A DNA stretch of 64,000 bases from an uncultured Eubacteriales bacterium (GTDB lineage: Bacteria; Bacillota; Sulfobacillia; Fermentithermobacillales; Fermentithermobacillaceae), in the NCBI GenBank assembly GCA_964641455.1, contig CAZXLH010000009.1, positions 1,534 through 65,533 on the forward strand, written 5' to 3'. Both the position numbers and the translations under genes were made by a program. Each line of letters begins with the position of its first letter. The first letter of the stretch is position 1. Of this stretch, positions 39,337 through 50,068 are shown in pieces. A model generated the notes under the pieces. The model saw nothing but the letters and a program-made list of their open reading frames with translations. It did no database searches and had not been told where the DNA came from.

Positions 39337-41582
39337 TGATCCCTTGCCCTTTTTCCTTTCCCTTGGGCCCAAAGCGCTTTGCGTTTTTCGACCAGGAACG
39401 ACGCCACATGAAGCCCTGTGGTCCCCCTGCCGAATCCTGCATCCAACCCTGCTTCAACGGCCAGATCGTTTGTAACCTGAGTGCCTCCGCCAACCAAAAT
39501 GAATCTGTCTCTTACACCTTTTTCTATAGATAGTTGGGCTAGCCGCTCCATGTTTTTTCTGTGTATGTCTGCATGGCTTATGATTGTAGATATCAATATA
39601 GCATCGGCATCTTCTTCAATGGCGGCATTTATCATTTTCTCAATTGGCACTGAAGTTCCAAGGTATACAGCCTCAATGCCAAAACCTTCAATGCCTCCGT
39701 GCTTTATGTCTATAATCTCCCGCATACCCACTGAATGCTCATCTTCGCCTACGGTACCGCAAACAACTTTCATTGGATGAGTAGATATCTCTTGCCTAAT
39801 TTCATCTTCTGACAACATTTTCGGCTTCTCAGGAATCTCAAGTGTGGTTTTATCAATGGAAAACGGTACTATGCCCTTAACCTCAACTAAAGTACCTTCT
39901 GAAGGGTGAATAACTCTCTTGTGAATCACTTCAGAGTCTTGCAAGCCCAGTTTTTCAGCAATTTCCAGTGACGCATATTCTGCTATTTCTTCTTTTTCGG
40001 GAATGAATATGGTCATGGTAATGCAACCGTCACCTGCCCACTCTACCTCAGGGCAAATTGAGTCTTCTGTAAACTTACGGCTCAATGTTTCAAGCCTCTT
40101 GTTCACATTATCCTCAGGATCTAATTCATCAATGTAGACGATTTTGCCTCTTTGGCACAAAGTGCATCCTTCTATTAAATCACAATGCTTTGAAAGCCCT
40201 TCAGGCAAACTATTGTACCCAAAATGACTGCATACAGGAGCCATGTAATCTTTGTCTCGCTTGACTATGCTCCCTGCTGCAATGCCGCCGTTTGGATCTC
40301 TGGCAATTCCATCGCCTTTTCTCTCAGGGTATTGTCCTGAGTCAACGAAAAAGCCACGGGCTACTGCATTGAAATAGCCTACTTCTTTGATTTCCTCCAG
40401 GAAAAGCACAGCCCTTTCTGCAATTTCTCTTACCTTCGTTGGAAGAGCTCCTTCTTTCTTAAGTTCAACCATTTGTGTCAGGCCATCCATTCCCAGAAGG
40501 GCCTGTTTAGCAGTTTCAACAGCCGCCACATTATTGTAATGCCACGGTACATTACGGCCTTCATCAGGAGTGATGGTGCTTTGCACGTCTACAGACGTAA
40601 GCCTCGATACCAAGAGATTAAGAACATGAGTTACAGTGGCTTCTCTTGTATCTGACTCTATGTACCTGGTATTCTGTTGCGCCCGAATCTTATAGTCAGA
40701 AAACAGCCATCTTAAGCACACTGCGTAAGGAAGATCATATGAAAGTGCAGGAGCAGGCGGCGCAGTAGGCGGCACTGATGAAAGAGCAATATTCTCTTTC
40801 TTCATACCAATCATTTCAGAGAAAACCGAATTTATGGCGTGCTGTACCAAAAGTTCGGGCATGACCTTCCACGCCTCTCTGGCAGTTGCATTGGCATTAT
40901 GAGCTCCGTCTATTTGCAACATGCCGCGTGAAGCCATTATTCTCTTGGCAACAGCAGCATCCACAAAAGATCTCTGCATATTTACATTTCTGTAAAGCAC
41001 ATTATACTGGGGATCCTGGTGAGCGCCGTTAACTCCCTCTTCTGCAAACATCACGGCTATTTCAGGGCCTGCTACCCCCGATACGTAAGAGTGAAAGTTT
41101 ATGGGCCTTCCAACTTCATCCTCGATCAAGTCCAGGGCCTTTCTGGTAGCACGCACTTGCTTTCTGGTAATCGGAACCCCGCCGATTCCTTCAGGGGTTC
41201 CTTCAAGAAGGCCATCCATATGGCTTTGGCCGGCAGTTCTGATAACCATCATATGATCAGCGCCGTGCCAAGCGGCCATCCGCATTCGCCTCAAGTCATC
41301 TTCGAACCGCCCTGAAGCAATTTCCGTAGTGATCACACAATCAGGTTGTGGATCTATATCGGCAAAATATCTCGCTGCCGGCAAAGGGACTGACTTTTTA
41401 AGCGGCTCAGACGTTTCCAAATACTTAAAGGGGCCCTCTTGGCCAGGCCCTTTGGTACGCCATGTCCACCCAAAGCGCCTGGGGCGATAGCCTTCAAGGC
41501 CTTGAAGAATTTGATTTATATCCATTTTTTGATCAGCGCTTAATGTATAGGTTCCTGTATTTGGTGTTTGCTGTTGTTTCAT
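39333..41582 (-). CDS. oraE: D-ornithine 4,5-aminomutase E (large, PLP + B12-binding) subunit
   Basis: 749 aa; ITTEIASGRFEDDLRRMRMAAWHGADH; C-terminal cobalamin-binding domain with DxHxxG (EDEHSVGMRE). Confidence 0.75.
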   Translation of the reverse strand: MKQQQTPNTGTYTLSADQKMDINQILQGLEGYRPRRFGWTWRTKGPGQEGPFKYLETSEPLKKSVPLPAARYFADIDPQPDCVITTEIASGRFEDDLRRMRMAAWHGADHMMVIRTAGQSHMDGLLEGTPEGIGGVPITRKQVRATRKALDLIEDEVGRPINFHSYVSGVAGPEIAVMFAEEGVNGAHQDPQYNVLYRNVNMQRSFVDAAVAKRIMASRGMLQIDGAHNANATAREAWKVMPELLVQHAINSVFSEMIGMKKENIALSSVPPTAPPAPALSYDLPYAVCLRWLFSDYKIRAQQNTRYIESDTREATVTHVLNLLVSRLTSVDVQSTITPDEGRNVPWHYNNVAAVETAKQALLGMDGLTQMVELKKEGALPTKVREIAERAVLFLEEIKEVGYFNAVARGFFVDSGQYPERKGDGIARDPNGGIAAGSIVKRDKDYMAPVCSHFGYNSLPEGLSKHCDLIEGCTLCQRGKIVYIDELDPEDNVNKRLETLSRKFTEDSICPEVEWAGDGCITMTIFIPEKEEIAEYASLEIAEKLGLQDSEVIHKRVIHPSEGTLVEVKGIVPFSIDKTTLEIPEKPKMLSEDEIRQEISTHPMKVVCGTVGEDEHSVGMREIIDIKHGGIEGFGIEAVYLGTSVPIEKMINAAIEEDADAILISTIISHADIHRKNMERLAQLSIEKGVRDRFILVGGGTQVTNDLAVEAGLDAGFGRGTTGLHVASFLVEKRKALWAQGKGKRARDQ

Positions 41583-41947
41583 GGACTCGTCTCACCTCCA
41601 AGACTCCCTGCAAGTTCATCCCATCCTATTCCTTTGGCAAGTTGCTTACCTGCCGAAAGGTAGCCTGCATTTGTAGCCTTAGCGTATTTGAGCACCAGGT
41701 TGCCTGCGCCTTTGCCAAGCAAGCCTCGCTTTTCTGCCAATGAAACAATAGCCTTGGCTTCCAAGCTTGAAAACCCCATACGCAAAAGAACCGATCGTTC
41801 AATCGAAGGTGAAGTATGGGTGTATGCAAGATCATAAAGAGGTTTGACTATTTCATGGGCAAGATCCCAGAATTCCTCTTTGAGCTCTTGGTCGGTCAAA
41901 CCTGCCAAATACTTTCGCCTTTGCTCAAAATCACATGCCCTTTGCAC
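41579..41947 (-). CDS. oraS: D-ornithine 4,5-aminomutase S (small) subunit
   Basis: 122 aa; position between ortB and oraE; ATGA overlap with oraE. Confidence 0.7.
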   Translation of the reverse strand: MQRACDFEQRRKYLAGLTDQELKEEFWDLAHEIVKPLYDLAYTHTSPSIERSVLLRMGFSSLEAKAIVSLAEKRGLLGKGAGNLVLKYAKATNAGYLSAGKQLAKGIGWDELAGSLGGETSP

Positions 41948-43365
41948 TAAACCTCCACCCCCATGTCTTTGAGGACCGAAACGACAAACGCCGGATTTGC
42001 CTTTGCATCTTCAGCCAGGAACTCCAGTTCTTCCTCTGTAACTTTCGTGACTCTGTTTCTGTTTACGGCATTGCGAATGTAAGATCTGCGCATCCTGTCA
42101 AGATCCATTTCAGTGATACCAACTTGTGAAAAATGCTCAGGAATTACTATGGCCTTTCCCGGAACGTTTTGCTCCGGATCTCCGCGCCAAACGGTAATTC
42201 CGTTCTTGCGGGCAAAGTCCAGCTGAGCATTGGGATGTTTTCCGGCTCCTGTATATTCAGTTTCCTGAACTACTACAATTTCATCTTCAGGAAGTTCTCT
42301 GGCAAGAGGAATAGCCGCAGCAAGTGACGTATTTCCTGCAGGCCCTCTTTCCATGCCTTCAATCTGTGCCAGGGCCTCGGTTACGTAAAACACTTCACCC
42401 TGGGTAACGGTAACATACCTGTCCAAATACCTAAGCGGCCTTGCAGCATTCTTGGGAACGTCAGTCCTGTCAGGCCAGGTAGCGAAAGGTACTCCAAACC
42501 CTGTATGTCCCGTGGTAAATGACTTTTTATTGAAATCATTGTCAGAGGCCATATGAAGGCCTGAAAGATCTACGCTGGCTCCTATTATCTTTGAATCTTT
42601 TGCTCCCGCCTTGAGCGCACCTCTGGCTGTGCCTGTTACGTTACCGCCTCCTGCATGGGTTACCACAACATAGGCAGGATCTTTTCCGTATCTCTCTCTC
42701 ACCTGCTCCACTAATTCGTACCCAAGAGTCTCTACCCCTGAGATGCCAAAGGGGCTATATAAAGATGCGTTGAAATACCCTGTCTCCTCCAGCAAGATAA
42801 GAGCCGAATAAAAAAGTTCAGGGCCGACTGTTAACTGTACAACTTCAGCGCCTAAGGCTTCACATTTTCTTGATTTTTCTATTATTTCAGGTTGCCCAAC
42901 ATGATGCGAATCGAATACTTCTTGCACAATAATGCAACCCAAGTTCATCATAGCTGCTTGCGACGCAACCGCAGCCCCATAGTTTCCGCTGGTAGCTGCA
43001 AGCACTCCGGGATAACCGAGTTGCTTTGCATGGTATACCGATACACTTGCCCTTCTGTCCTTGAAACTTCCGGAAGGATTACTCGCTTCATCCTTAACCA
43101 AAATTCGGGCTCCGTAACCTTTCCGTGAAGTTTTCCTTACGAGCCGGGTTATGTTTTTAAGTTCAAGAAGAGGTGTACTCCCAACGCCTGTTTGCTTTTG
43201 AATCTGAGTTACTTTTTCCAGAGAATACCCGGCTTTTTGCATCATGCCTTCATAATCAAAAGCAATTTTGGACTGAATGAACTCTTCGTATTCAATACCC
43301 AAAGCTTTTTTCATGATTTCACCGCGACGAGCCATTACCGCTTTGTAAGATAAGTCACGAGACAT
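41947..43365 (-). CDS. ortB: 2-amino-4-ketopentanoate thiolase beta subunit (PLP, Trp-synthase-beta fold)
   Basis: 472 aa; PLP-lysine region GSFKDRRASV, SGNYG glycine loop. Confidence 0.7.
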   Translation of the reverse strand: MSRDLSYKAVMARRGEIMKKALGIEYEEFIQSKIAFDYEGMMQKAGYSLEKVTQIQKQTGVGSTPLLELKNITRLVRKTSRKGYGARILVKDEASNPSGSFKDRRASVSVYHAKQLGYPGVLAATSGNYGAAVASQAAMMNLGCIIVQEVFDSHHVGQPEIIEKSRKCEALGAEVVQLTVGPELFYSALILLEETGYFNASLYSPFGISGVETLGYELVEQVRERYGKDPAYVVVTHAGGGNVTGTARGALKAGAKDSKIIGASVDLSGLHMASDNDFNKKSFTTGHTGFGVPFATWPDRTDVPKNAARPLRYLDRYVTVTQGEVFYVTEALAQIEGMERGPAGNTSLAAAIPLARELPEDEIVVVQETEYTGAGKHPNAQLDFARKNGITVWRGDPEQNVPGKAIVIPEHFSQVGITEMDLDRMRRSYIRNAVNRNRVTKVTEEELEFLAEDAKANPAFVVSVLKDMGVEV

Positions 43366-43366
43366 G

Positions 43367-43681
43367 TCAATTCCCCTCCTTCAACATGGCTCTTAATTCT
43401 TGGCCAATGTTTGAAAGTTCAGGGATACATGGCCCGAATGTATGAGTATATCCGGGGTTGACTCTGGTGAGAGTACCCTTAACTACACGGTTAGCGGGAG
43501 TGTGTATTTCAACCTCCTGCCCAATCTTTCCAGGCGTAAGGGCCCAACCTTTTATCCAGCACTCCAAAGGAACCTTTTTAGTGTCATCAGGAACGTCAGG
43601 AGAACGTTCGCCGGATTCCAATACAATATAGTGAATCTCAACCCACTCGCCCTTTTTACATGCTTCTGCCAAAATTACCAC
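43367..43681 (-). CDS. ortA: 2-amino-4-ketopentanoate thiolase alpha subunit
   Basis: 104 aa; 1-nt gap from ortB; conserved operon position. Confidence 0.65.
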   Translation of the reverse strand: MVILAEACKKGEWVEIHYIVLESGERSPDVPDDTKKVPLECWIKGWALTPGKIGQEVEIHTPANRVVKGTLTRVNPGYTHTFGPCIPELSNIGQELRAMLKEGN

Positions 43682-43736
43682 CTCAATATCGGTACTTGAA
43701 GTTAACCAGGTATATCATATTGAACCTTACTGCCAA

Positions 43737-44762
43737 CTATTGCTTAGAGGTGACACCTGTAATTCCACGCGGGACAGGTAAATCAGCCATAGTCAAAAGG
43801 CCGGGGGACCCCTTAAGCACAAGAGGGATCATATTAACTGCAATAGCCATAGTTCCGGTTCCTCCCGGTATTTCAGGTTCTATAGCTACATTAATAGGTG
43901 GGTCTCCCTCGATCTTAATATAATCACCTGTCTTGACTCCTTCCGCTTCAGGGCATACTTGCTGAGGATGCTCAAGCAGTATCACTTCTTTGCCTTTACA
44001 ATACGCCCTCGCCGTGTGGCGACAACCTGCCACATTTCCAGGAGCAACCTTGACATGATCGGTAACCCGCTCAACATTTGTGAAGATAGGCAGCCTATCT
44101 TCAATTATTTCATCAATTTCCCAACCCAGCGCCTTACCTATCAACATTATCGATTGTTTAAATCCAACATGGCCTACAATATCTCCAGAGGCCAATCCTT
44201 TTTGAAACCCCGCGGGAGTTATGCCCACACCTTGGGTTTGCATAACGGTAGGGCCAAACGGGGCCAAATCGTTTACTCTCTTTCCGTGGATACGTCTTAT
44301 TTCCCTGCATATGCCTGTAAGTGAAACAATCAGCGTATCTAAAACGAAACCGGGGTTAATGCCTGTTCCTAAAACAGTCTTCCCCTGTTTACGGGCTATG
44401 GAGTCTATCCGGTTAGCCAATTCCTCTGATGCCACCCATGGATAAGCCATTTCCTCTGCAATCGTTATTACATCAGTGTTTTCTTCAAGAGCATATTTTA
44501 TTTGGGGAAATACGTCTTTAACGAAAGACGCTGTGACCACCAGAGCAATATCCGGTTCATGGCTGAAACCTTCTCTCAAATCGTCAGTCACCTTGACACC
44601 AATCGAGCTTGAGCCCAGAAGTTCGCCAACATCTTTTCCTACCTTGTCCGGATGATTATCGATAGCTGCCACAATTTGCATGTCTTTCTTTTCAAGCAGC
44701 ATAGATGCCATACCGCTTCCCATAGCCCCAAGCCCCCACAAAAGGACCTTTGTGTTTGCCAT
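43737..44762 (-). CDS. ord: 2,4-diaminopentanoate dehydrogenase
   Basis: 341 aa; Rossmann GLGAMG; DapB-like architecture; first gene of the ornithine oxidative degradation operon. Confidence 0.7.
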   Translation of the reverse strand: MANTKVLLWGLGAMGSGMASMLLEKKDMQIVAAIDNHPDKVGKDVGELLGSSSIGVKVTDDLREGFSHEPDIALVVTASFVKDVFPQIKYALEENTDVITIAEEMAYPWVASEELANRIDSIARKQGKTVLGTGINPGFVLDTLIVSLTGICREIRRIHGKRVNDLAPFGPTVMQTQGVGITPAGFQKGLASGDIVGHVGFKQSIMLIGKALGWEIDEIIEDRLPIFTNVERVTDHVKVAPGNVAGCRHTARAYCKGKEVILLEHPQQVCPEAEGVKTGDYIKIEGDPPINVAIEPEIPGGTGTMAIAVNMIPLVLKGSPGLLTMADLPVPRGITGVTSKQ

Positions 44763-45051
44763 TCCCTGACCTCCTTTTGTATCTTAAGGACCAATTAATA
44801 GCAAAACCTTTGCTATCCATGTATGTGGCTTCGAGTCACCGGCAGAGTCAGTAGCCCCACTACCCTTATTCATTCTTGCATAAAGCGAAAACTCCTTCTT
44901 TTCAGCCGACAAACATTTGCCAAAATCAATAGAAAAGTCTCAACAAAACAGCATTTAACAGAAAATTTGCACAAGCGAGGCCGGGCCACTTGCTTCTATG
45001 GCTTGCAATAATCAGGTATGTCTTTGCGGTAAGCGGGGCTAACAGCAAACA

Positions 45052-45714
45052 CTAGTTGTCCTGTGTAACGAATTTGATAACTGCCTTATGTATACATGAA
45101 GCAAGTTGCTGCTGATATTTGGCTGAACCTAAGAGCTGCTCTTCCTGAGAGTTAGACAAAAACCCCAATTCTACAGTTACAGCCGGAATTTCGGCATGAT
45201 TGAGAATGAAGTGATCTAATCTTGAAGAAATTTCCCTGTCGGTTTCCGTGGATTTTACCAGTTCATCCTGAATGAGTTGAGCAAGTATTTTGGATTGAGG
45301 ATTCTGTGAATCATTGTAAAAAGTTTGAGCCCCTCTTTCGTAAGGATCAGTAAAAGCATTACAATGGATAGAAATAGCAATAGTTGATTTTGACTGTTTC
45401 ATAAGCCTTATTCTTGCCACAACATCGCTTACGTCAGCAGTCTCGAGATCGTAATCTCCTGTACGGGTATATACAACCCGAGCCCCGCTTCGTTCAAGAC
45501 GCACCCCTAAGAACAAGGCTACTTTGAGAACAATGTCTTTTTCTGTATATGTAATTCCACAAGCTCCCGGGTCAATCCCTCCGTGGCCTGGATCTATGAA
45601 TACCACATGGCCTGACAGCGGGCCGACAGCGGTAACCGGGATCACACCTCTGGAGATTACCAGGCTAAACAGTAATGAAACTGCTAATACTCCCAGTAAA
45701 CTCCTTAGAGTCAT
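45052..45714 (-). CDS. cwlD: N-acetylmuramoyl-L-alanine amidase, CwlD-like (Amidase_3)
   Basis: Signal/TM MTLRSLLGVLAVSLLF, VFIDPGHGGIDPGA, SIHCNAF; conserved location just after rpsI as in Bacillus. Start ambiguous: the listed ORF continues 28 codons 5' through a GC-rich hairpin that translates as RRRRRRRRGRRRGR. Confidence 0.7.
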   Translation of the reverse strand: MTLRSLLGVLAVSLLFSLVISRGVIPVTAVGPLSGHVVFIDPGHGGIDPGACGITYTEKDIVLKVALFLGVRLERSGARVVYTRTGDYDLETADVSDVVARIRLMKQSKSTIAISIHCNAFTDPYERGAQTFYNDSQNPQSKILAQLIQDELVKSTETDREISSRLDHFILNHAEIPAVTVELGFLSNSQEEQLLGSAKYQQQLASCIHKAVIKFVTQDN

Positions 45715-45716
45715 CA

Positions 45717-45753
45717 CAAAAAGGGGCCGGCCTCTTCGCCTGCCCCTTCTCCG
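45717..45753 (-). terminator. GC-rich hairpin (AAGGGGC...GCCCCTT with inner GGC/GCC stem) followed by UUUUU on the minus strand, about 110 nt downstream of rpsI
   Basis: Read directly from sequence; alternatively part of the cwlD coding region. Confidence 0.45.
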
Positions 45754-45866
45754 CCTTCTTCTTCGCCGTGGTATGCCCATCCCCACAGTTCCTCTCAAAA
45801 CAAAATATTGTATAAATGTATATACGCTTTCTAATCAAAAATATACCACAAATACAGGCTTGGATA

Positions 45867-46253
45867 TTAACGTTTTGAGAATTGCGAAGCCTTTCTCGCT
45901 TTCTTCAAACCATATTTCTTGCGTTCTTTCATTCGGGGATCACGTGTTAGATATCCTGCTTTCTTTAGCACACCCCTGTAATTGCCGTCCACCTTCAAAA
46001 GTGCCCTTGCTACGCCATGCCTGGTTGCTCCGGCCTGGCCGCTAAGCCCCCCGCCCCTTGCAGTAACGTATATATCAAATTTTCCTTCAGTACCGGTTAC
46101 ACGCAAAGGAGAAGATACATGGGACTCCAAAACTTTGTTAGCAAAATAATCGGCAAGTTCTTCGCCGTTTATAGTAATTTTCCCTGTACCCGGCAAGAGT
46201 CTTACTCTGGCCACTGCATGTTTCCTTCGCCCAGTTGCAAATATTTGCTCCAC
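45867..46253 (-). CDS. rpsI: 30S ribosomal protein S9
   Basis: GTG start right after rplM TAA (AAGGAGGG RBS, 6-nt spacer) gives about 129 aa ending ...[11 protein letters not shown]; conserved [10 protein letters not shown]. Confidence 0.9.
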   Translation of the reverse strand: MEQIFATGRRKHAVARVRLLPGTGKITINGEELADYFANKVLESHVSSPLRVTGTEGKFDIYVTARGGGLSGQAGATRHGVARALLKVDGNYRGVLKKAGYLTRDPRMKERKKYGLKKARKASQFSKR

Positions 46254-46254
46254 C

Positions 46255-46677
46255 TTAGTTCCCTCCTTGCCAAACGTCAGGTTTCTGCGCCTCATGGGGA
46301 TGGTTGGCACCGGCATATACAAAAAGCCGCTTGCCAATCTGCCTCCCCAATTTATTCTTAGGAAGCATACCCTTAACTGCTACTTCAATAACCCGCTCAG
46401 GGTGCTTTTTCATCATGACCCTATAAGGAATGTATCTGTCACCGCCGGGATACCCGGAATGGGTGAAAAATATTTTTTGATCGAGCTTTTTGCCGGTAAG
46501 AACTACCTCTTTTGCGTTTATTAATATTACGCTGTCTCCCATATCTACAGAAGGGGTAAACGTAGGTTTGTGTTTTCCACGCAATAATGTGGCGGCCAAA
46601 GACGCTATCCTGCCCAAAGGTTTGCCCTTTGCATCAATGATCCACCACTTTCTTTGTACCTCCCCTGGTTTGGCCAT
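46255..46677 (-). CDS. rplM: 50S ribosomal protein L13
   Basis: [26 protein letters not shown]; listed ORF start (46728) is about 17 codons upstream of the conserved N-terminus. Confidence 0.9.
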   Translation of the reverse strand: MAKPGEVQRKWWIIDAKGKPLGRIASLAATLLRGKHKPTFTPSVDMGDSVILINAKEVVLTGKKLDQKIFFTHSGYPGGDRYIPYRVMMKKHPERVIEVAVKGMLPKNKLGRQIGKRLFVYAGANHPHEAQKPDVWQGGN

Positions 46678-46755
46678 ATAAGTTACGCCCACTGTCACAA
46701 CCTCCTTATGCCGCCGTATAAGCAACATTCATTCTAACTTCACTGGTTTTTCCGG

Positions 46756-47520
46756 TCAAGAGAAACACACTTTTTCCAAGCACAGTGCTTTGCCCGGAGC
46801 ACATTTTCCAATTTTAAACCTGGTTTTCGATTCAGCCGCTTCAAGGGCGGCGCGTACCGTCCCCGGCGGAAGATAACCCCGGCCTATGTCCAACAAAGTT
46901 CCAACCATAAGCCTTATCATCCTATATAGAAAACCATCTGCTGTAATCCAAAACTCCCACAGGACATCTTGTTGGCCTTCCAGATCTTTTCTTACCAATC
47001 TTGCACGCTTTACACTCCTAACAGTGGTCTTGGCTGAAGACCCCAACGCTCGGAAATTGGCAAAATCTCTTGTGCCTTCAAACTCCAGCGCTTCCCGGAC
47101 CATCAAGTCGTAATCCAGGTTGCCCGGATACCACAAGACATACCTATGGGCTAAAATCGACAAGCGCTTACTGCGCCATATTCGGTAGCAGTAAGTCTTG
47201 CTGGTTGCATCTTTGACCGGATCAAAATCAAATGCAACTTGCTTTGCATAATTAACTATTATGTCTTCAGGTAAAAGCCCAATGAGGCCTTTTGGAATTC
47301 GGTGGGGAGGAATCGGCGAAACTGTATCAAAAGCGATTACCTGACCCCTGGCATGAACTCCTGCATCGGTTCTGCCTGCAGCCCTTACTGTAACAGAATG
47401 CTTCAAGAGCTTTTGAAGGGCATCCTCTAAGGCCTCTTGGACCGTTAATATATTCTTCTGCCTTTGAAACCCTGCATACTTGGTACCGTCATATTGAATC
47501 TCCATTTTGACCCGGGCCAT
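46756..47520 (-). CDS. truA: tRNA pseudouridine(38-40) synthase
   Basis: MARVKMEIQYDGTKYAGFQRQ, catalytic RTDAGVHA. Confidence 0.88.
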   Translation of the reverse strand: MARVKMEIQYDGTKYAGFQRQKNILTVQEALEDALQKLLKHSVTVRAAGRTDAGVHARGQVIAFDTVSPIPPHRIPKGLIGLLPEDIIVNYAKQVAFDFDPVKDATSKTYCYRIWRSKRLSILAHRYVLWYPGNLDYDLMVREALEFEGTRDFANFRALGSSAKTTVRSVKRARLVRKDLEGQQDVLWEFWITADGFLYRMIRLMVGTLLDIGRGYLPPGTVRAALEAAESKTRFKIGKCAPGKALCLEKVCFS

Positions 47521-47524
47521 CTTA

Positions 47525-48355
47525 TTACGCCAAACCACGAGGCATCACAGGCCCAAACCGCACCCGGGTATAGATAACCAAGGCCGACATAACAACAGTC
47601 AGGCCGAAGGCGAGATAATCCTTCGGCGTTAAACGCAGTTCCCTCATTCTGGTTCGGCCTTCTCCGCCTCTGTAGCATCTGGCTTCCATGGCCATAGCCA
47701 GGTCATCTGCCCGTCTGAAGGCGCTTACAAACAAAGGAACCAAAAGAGGAACCAGGCTCTTGGCTCTTTGAATCATGTTGCCTGATTCAAAATCAGCCCC
47801 TCTGGCCATCTGAGCCTTCATTATCCTATCAGCTTCTTCAAGCAAAGTAGGAATAAACCTTAATGCAATCGTCATCATCATAGCAATCTCATGGGCAGGA
47901 ACACCTAGCCGGGAAAAAGGTTTGAGTATGTCTTCAAGCCCATCGGTTAGCTCGATGGGCGAAGTAGTGAGAGTCAAAAGAGACGTAAACAAAATCAAAA
48001 TTATCAGCCGTACCCCTATAAAAAGGCCCTGCACTAAACCTGTCCAGGTGGCCTTAAGCGGGCCTATTTGAAACATTGCCGGCCCGGGAGTTAGGAAAAG
48101 ATGCAAAACCATAGTAAAACTCATAATAAAGATAATGGGCCTAAGCCCTCGGAGAAGCACCCTCCACGGAATCTTGGAAAGCATTACTGCAGTAAAAGCA
48201 AAGATACCTGCAACAATAAATGCATAGAAGTTATTCCCAACAAATAGCACGATCATAAATATTAGTGATATCAAGATCTTTGCCCTGGGATCTAAAGAGT
48301 GAACAACAGAACCAACAGGATAGTACTGCCCTATTATCACTTCGCTTGAAATCAT
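47525..48355 (-). CDS. ecfT: energy-coupling factor transporter transmembrane component
   Basis: 276 aa polytopic; conserved position after ecfA1/ecfA2. Confidence 0.85.
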   Translation of the reverse strand: MISSEVIIGQYYPVGSVVHSLDPRAKILISLIFMIVLFVGNNFYAFIVAGIFAFTAVMLSKIPWRVLLRGLRPIIFIMSFTMVLHLFLTPGPAMFQIGPLKATWTGLVQGLFIGVRLIILILFTSLLTLTTSPIELTDGLEDILKPFSRLGVPAHEIAMMMTIALRFIPTLLEEADRIMKAQMARGADFESGNMIQRAKSLVPLLVPLFVSAFRRADDLAMAMEARCYRGGEGRTRMRELRLTPKDYLAFGLTVVMSALVIYTRVRFGPVMPRGLA

Positions 48356-49218
48356 ATGGCTCCTGCCACCCCTCTCCCCTTTAACTCTCTTACTATCTCA
48401 CTGTAAGCTTCTTCAACAGTAAGGACATCGTTCCTAACCTTCCAACCTTTCTCACGTAACCTCTCCATAAGAATGATTACATCAGGAGGCTTAAGATCTA
48501 TTGATTCCAAGAATCTCCCCTGTGGAAAAACCTCCCTGGGTGTTCCGTCTTTAACCAGCCTTCCTTTGTTAAGAACCATGATTCTTTCACACAAACGAGC
48601 TACGTCATCCATGTTATGAGATACCAAAATCACAGTCATTCCGGTTTCATGAAGTTGCTTGATGTTATCCAGAACTTCTTTTCGGCCTTTAGGATCCAGC
48701 CCTGCTGTAGGCTCGTCCAAAATAAGCACCTTTGGCTTAATTGCCAGAATACCGGCTATTGCCACTCTCCTGACCTGTCCACCTGAGAGTTCAAACGGAG
48801 ATCGCGGTAACAGTTCCCGATCCAATCCAACAAGTTTACAAGCTTCTTTTACATGAATATCAATCTCATGCTGAGAGTACCCAAGATTCTTTGGCCCAAA
48901 AGCAATATCTTCATAAACCGTCTCTTCAAATACTTGCTGTTCAGGGTACTGAAACACCAAGCCTATTTTCTGCCGTACCTGTTTTAGGTTGACTCGGTCT
49001 GACCAAATGTCTACATCGTCAACCAACACAGTACCTGACGAAGGCTTTAACAACCCGTTGAGATGCTGGATTAATGTTGATTTTCCCGAACCGGTAGCAC
49101 CTATCAACCCAACAAACTCACCGTCTTCGATTCGAAAGCTAATCTCAGACAGAGCGGTTACTTCTGACAAAGTACCTTTCATATAGGTATGTGTTAAGTT
49201 CTTGACTTCAATTGGCAT
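48352..49218 (-). CDS. ecfA2: ECF transporter ATPase A2
   Basis: Walker [13 protein letters not shown] signature LSGGQ, Walker [11 protein letters not shown]. Confidence 0.88.
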   Translation of the reverse strand: MPIEVKNLTHTYMKGTLSEVTALSEISFRIEDGEFVGLIGATGSGKSTLIQHLNGLLKPSSGTVLVDDVDIWSDRVNLKQVRQKIGLVFQYPEQQVFEETVYEDIAFGPKNLGYSQHEIDIHVKEACKLVGLDRELLPRSPFELSGGQVRRVAIAGILAIKPKVLILDEPTAGLDPKGRKEVLDNIKQLHETGMTVILVSHNMDDVARLCERIMVLNKGRLVKDGTPREVFPQGRFLESIDLKPPDVIILMERLREKGWKVRNDVLTVEEAYSEIVRELKGRGVAGAI

Positions 49219-50057
49219 AATTCATTCACCAGTTCATCTACTGTTAATGCGTCAGGATCTATGTCAATACCCGCGGAACACAACATATGGCTCAGTTTGC
49301 CAACAGGCGGTATATCGAGCCCTATTTCATAAATCCTCTCCAGATTTCCGAAAACCCCTTTCGGAGTCCCCTTCATTACAATTTTCCCTTGGTTCATTAC
49401 GATAACCCTGTCTGCATACAGAGCCTCATCCATATAATGGGTTATGTGAATAATAGTAATCCCCATTTCTTCGTTCAACCGTTTTACAGTTTTCATTACT
49501 TCTTCACGGCCGGCCGGGTCCAGCATTGCAGTGGGCTCGTCAAGAATTATGCATTTTGGCTTCATTGCCAGTATGCCTGCTATAGCCACCCTTTGTTTTT
49601 GGCCTCCGGATAAAAGGTGTGGAGCATGACGCTTGAATTTTCCCATACCTACAGCATCAAGAGCTTCTCCAACAGTCTTCCTGATCTCTTGGGGTTTTAC
49701 TCCCAAGTTCTCCGGCCCAAATGCCACATCTTCCTCGACTACCGTGGCTACCAACTGGTTATCAGGGTTCTGAAAAACCATTCCTGCACCTCGCCTGATT
49801 TCCCAGGTGAGTTCAGAATCTTTGGTGTTCATTCCAAAGACCCAAACATCACCTTCACTCGGGAGCAATAAGGCATTTAAGTGCTTAGCCAGGGTGGATT
49901 TTCCAGACCCGTTAGGGCCTATAATCACAACAAACTCACCTTGCGATATTGAGAATTCCACCCCGGCCAATGCCAAAACGTTATGAGTTTCATCCACCTC
50001 ATATCGATGAAACAAGCCTCTTGCTTCGACGCGTCGGGCTTTTTCAGCCATGTACAC
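49194..50057 (-). CDS. ecfA1: ECF transporter ATPase A1
   Basis: [27 protein letters not shown]. Confidence 0.88.
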   Translation of the reverse strand: MYMAEKARRVEARGLFHRYEVDETHNVLALAGVEFSISQGEFVVIIGPNGSGKSTLAKHLNALLLPSEGDVWVFGMNTKDSELTWEIRRGAGMVFQNPDNQLVATVVEEDVAFGPENLGVKPQEIRKTVGEALDAVGMGKFKRHAPHLLSGGQKQRVAIAGILAMKPKCIILDEPTAMLDPAGREEVMKTVKRLNEEMGITIIHITHYMDEALYADRVIVMNQGKIVMKGTPKGVFGNLERIYEIGLDIPPVGKLSHMLCSAGIDIDPDALTVDELVNELCQLKSRT

Positions 50058-50068
50058 TCAATCCTCTT

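Noticed and set aside
45715-45798. Arg-rich N-terminal extension of CwlD (MRGTVGMGIPRRRRRRRRGRRRGRPLFV)
   Set aside because: The nucleotides form a GC hairpin plus U-tract (terminator-like), and a canonical CwlD N-terminus follows from the next ATG; treated as probable over-extension of the ORF.
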